A stretch of 64,000 bases of DNA from Octopus sinensis (lineage: Eukaryota): assembly GCF_006345805.1 (NCBI RefSeq), contig NC_043004.1, positions 45,322,001 to 45,386,000 of the forward strand, read 5' to 3'. Positions 63,831 to 64,000 of this stretch are shown one piece after another (the first letter of the stretch is position 1; each line of letters opens with the position of its first letter). The notes under the pieces are model-generated. The model was not told where the DNA came from. It made no database searches and saw nothing but the letters and a program-made list of their open reading frames with translations. The position numbers and the translations under genes were made by a program.

Positions 63831-64000
63831 GAACATGTTCGGCCGGAGTGCTACATAATCAGTTAGACCGAAGCTCTAGTACTTGACTGGTGTTCTGTTT
63901 TTCAACCTTGCAAGAAAAGTAGAATTTGAACTCAAGACATAAAATAGATGTGACTAACTAATACTGTAAAGCATTCTGTCTGGCATCGATATTCCACCAC

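Overview
This is eukaryotic, very AT-rich, repeat-saturated non-coding DNA, either intronic or intergenic. The microsatellite load and the SINE/LINE/MITE families I recognise from memory point to a coleoid cephalopod, probably Octopus; that assignment is inference, with no database search run. I can support no host CDS with confidence. Almost all ORFs in the supplied track are translated microsatellites or SINE copies. The window contains at least five recurring SINE-like families (labelled A-E here), 5'-truncated relics of RTE (several lineages), CR1/L2-type and L1/Tx1-type LINEs, about seven TTAA-flanked piggyBac-type MITEs, one other TIR element, a near-full-length U6 snRNA retrocopy and a CpG-rich unique island near 11.7-12.2 kb. 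The most interesting observations are: (1) an apparent U6/LINE chimeric retrocopy at 41.3-41.45 kb; (2) a SINE and an RTE LINE that share a 3' stem-loop tail and (TA)n targets, a candidate partner pair; (3) a SINE inserted backwards into its own family, forming a compact 46-bp hairpin; (4) evidence of SINE module and tail swapping; (5) a putative bidirectional promoter and a Pbx-Hox/Meis-type motif cluster. Several short splice-flanked exon candidates are reported at low confidence only.
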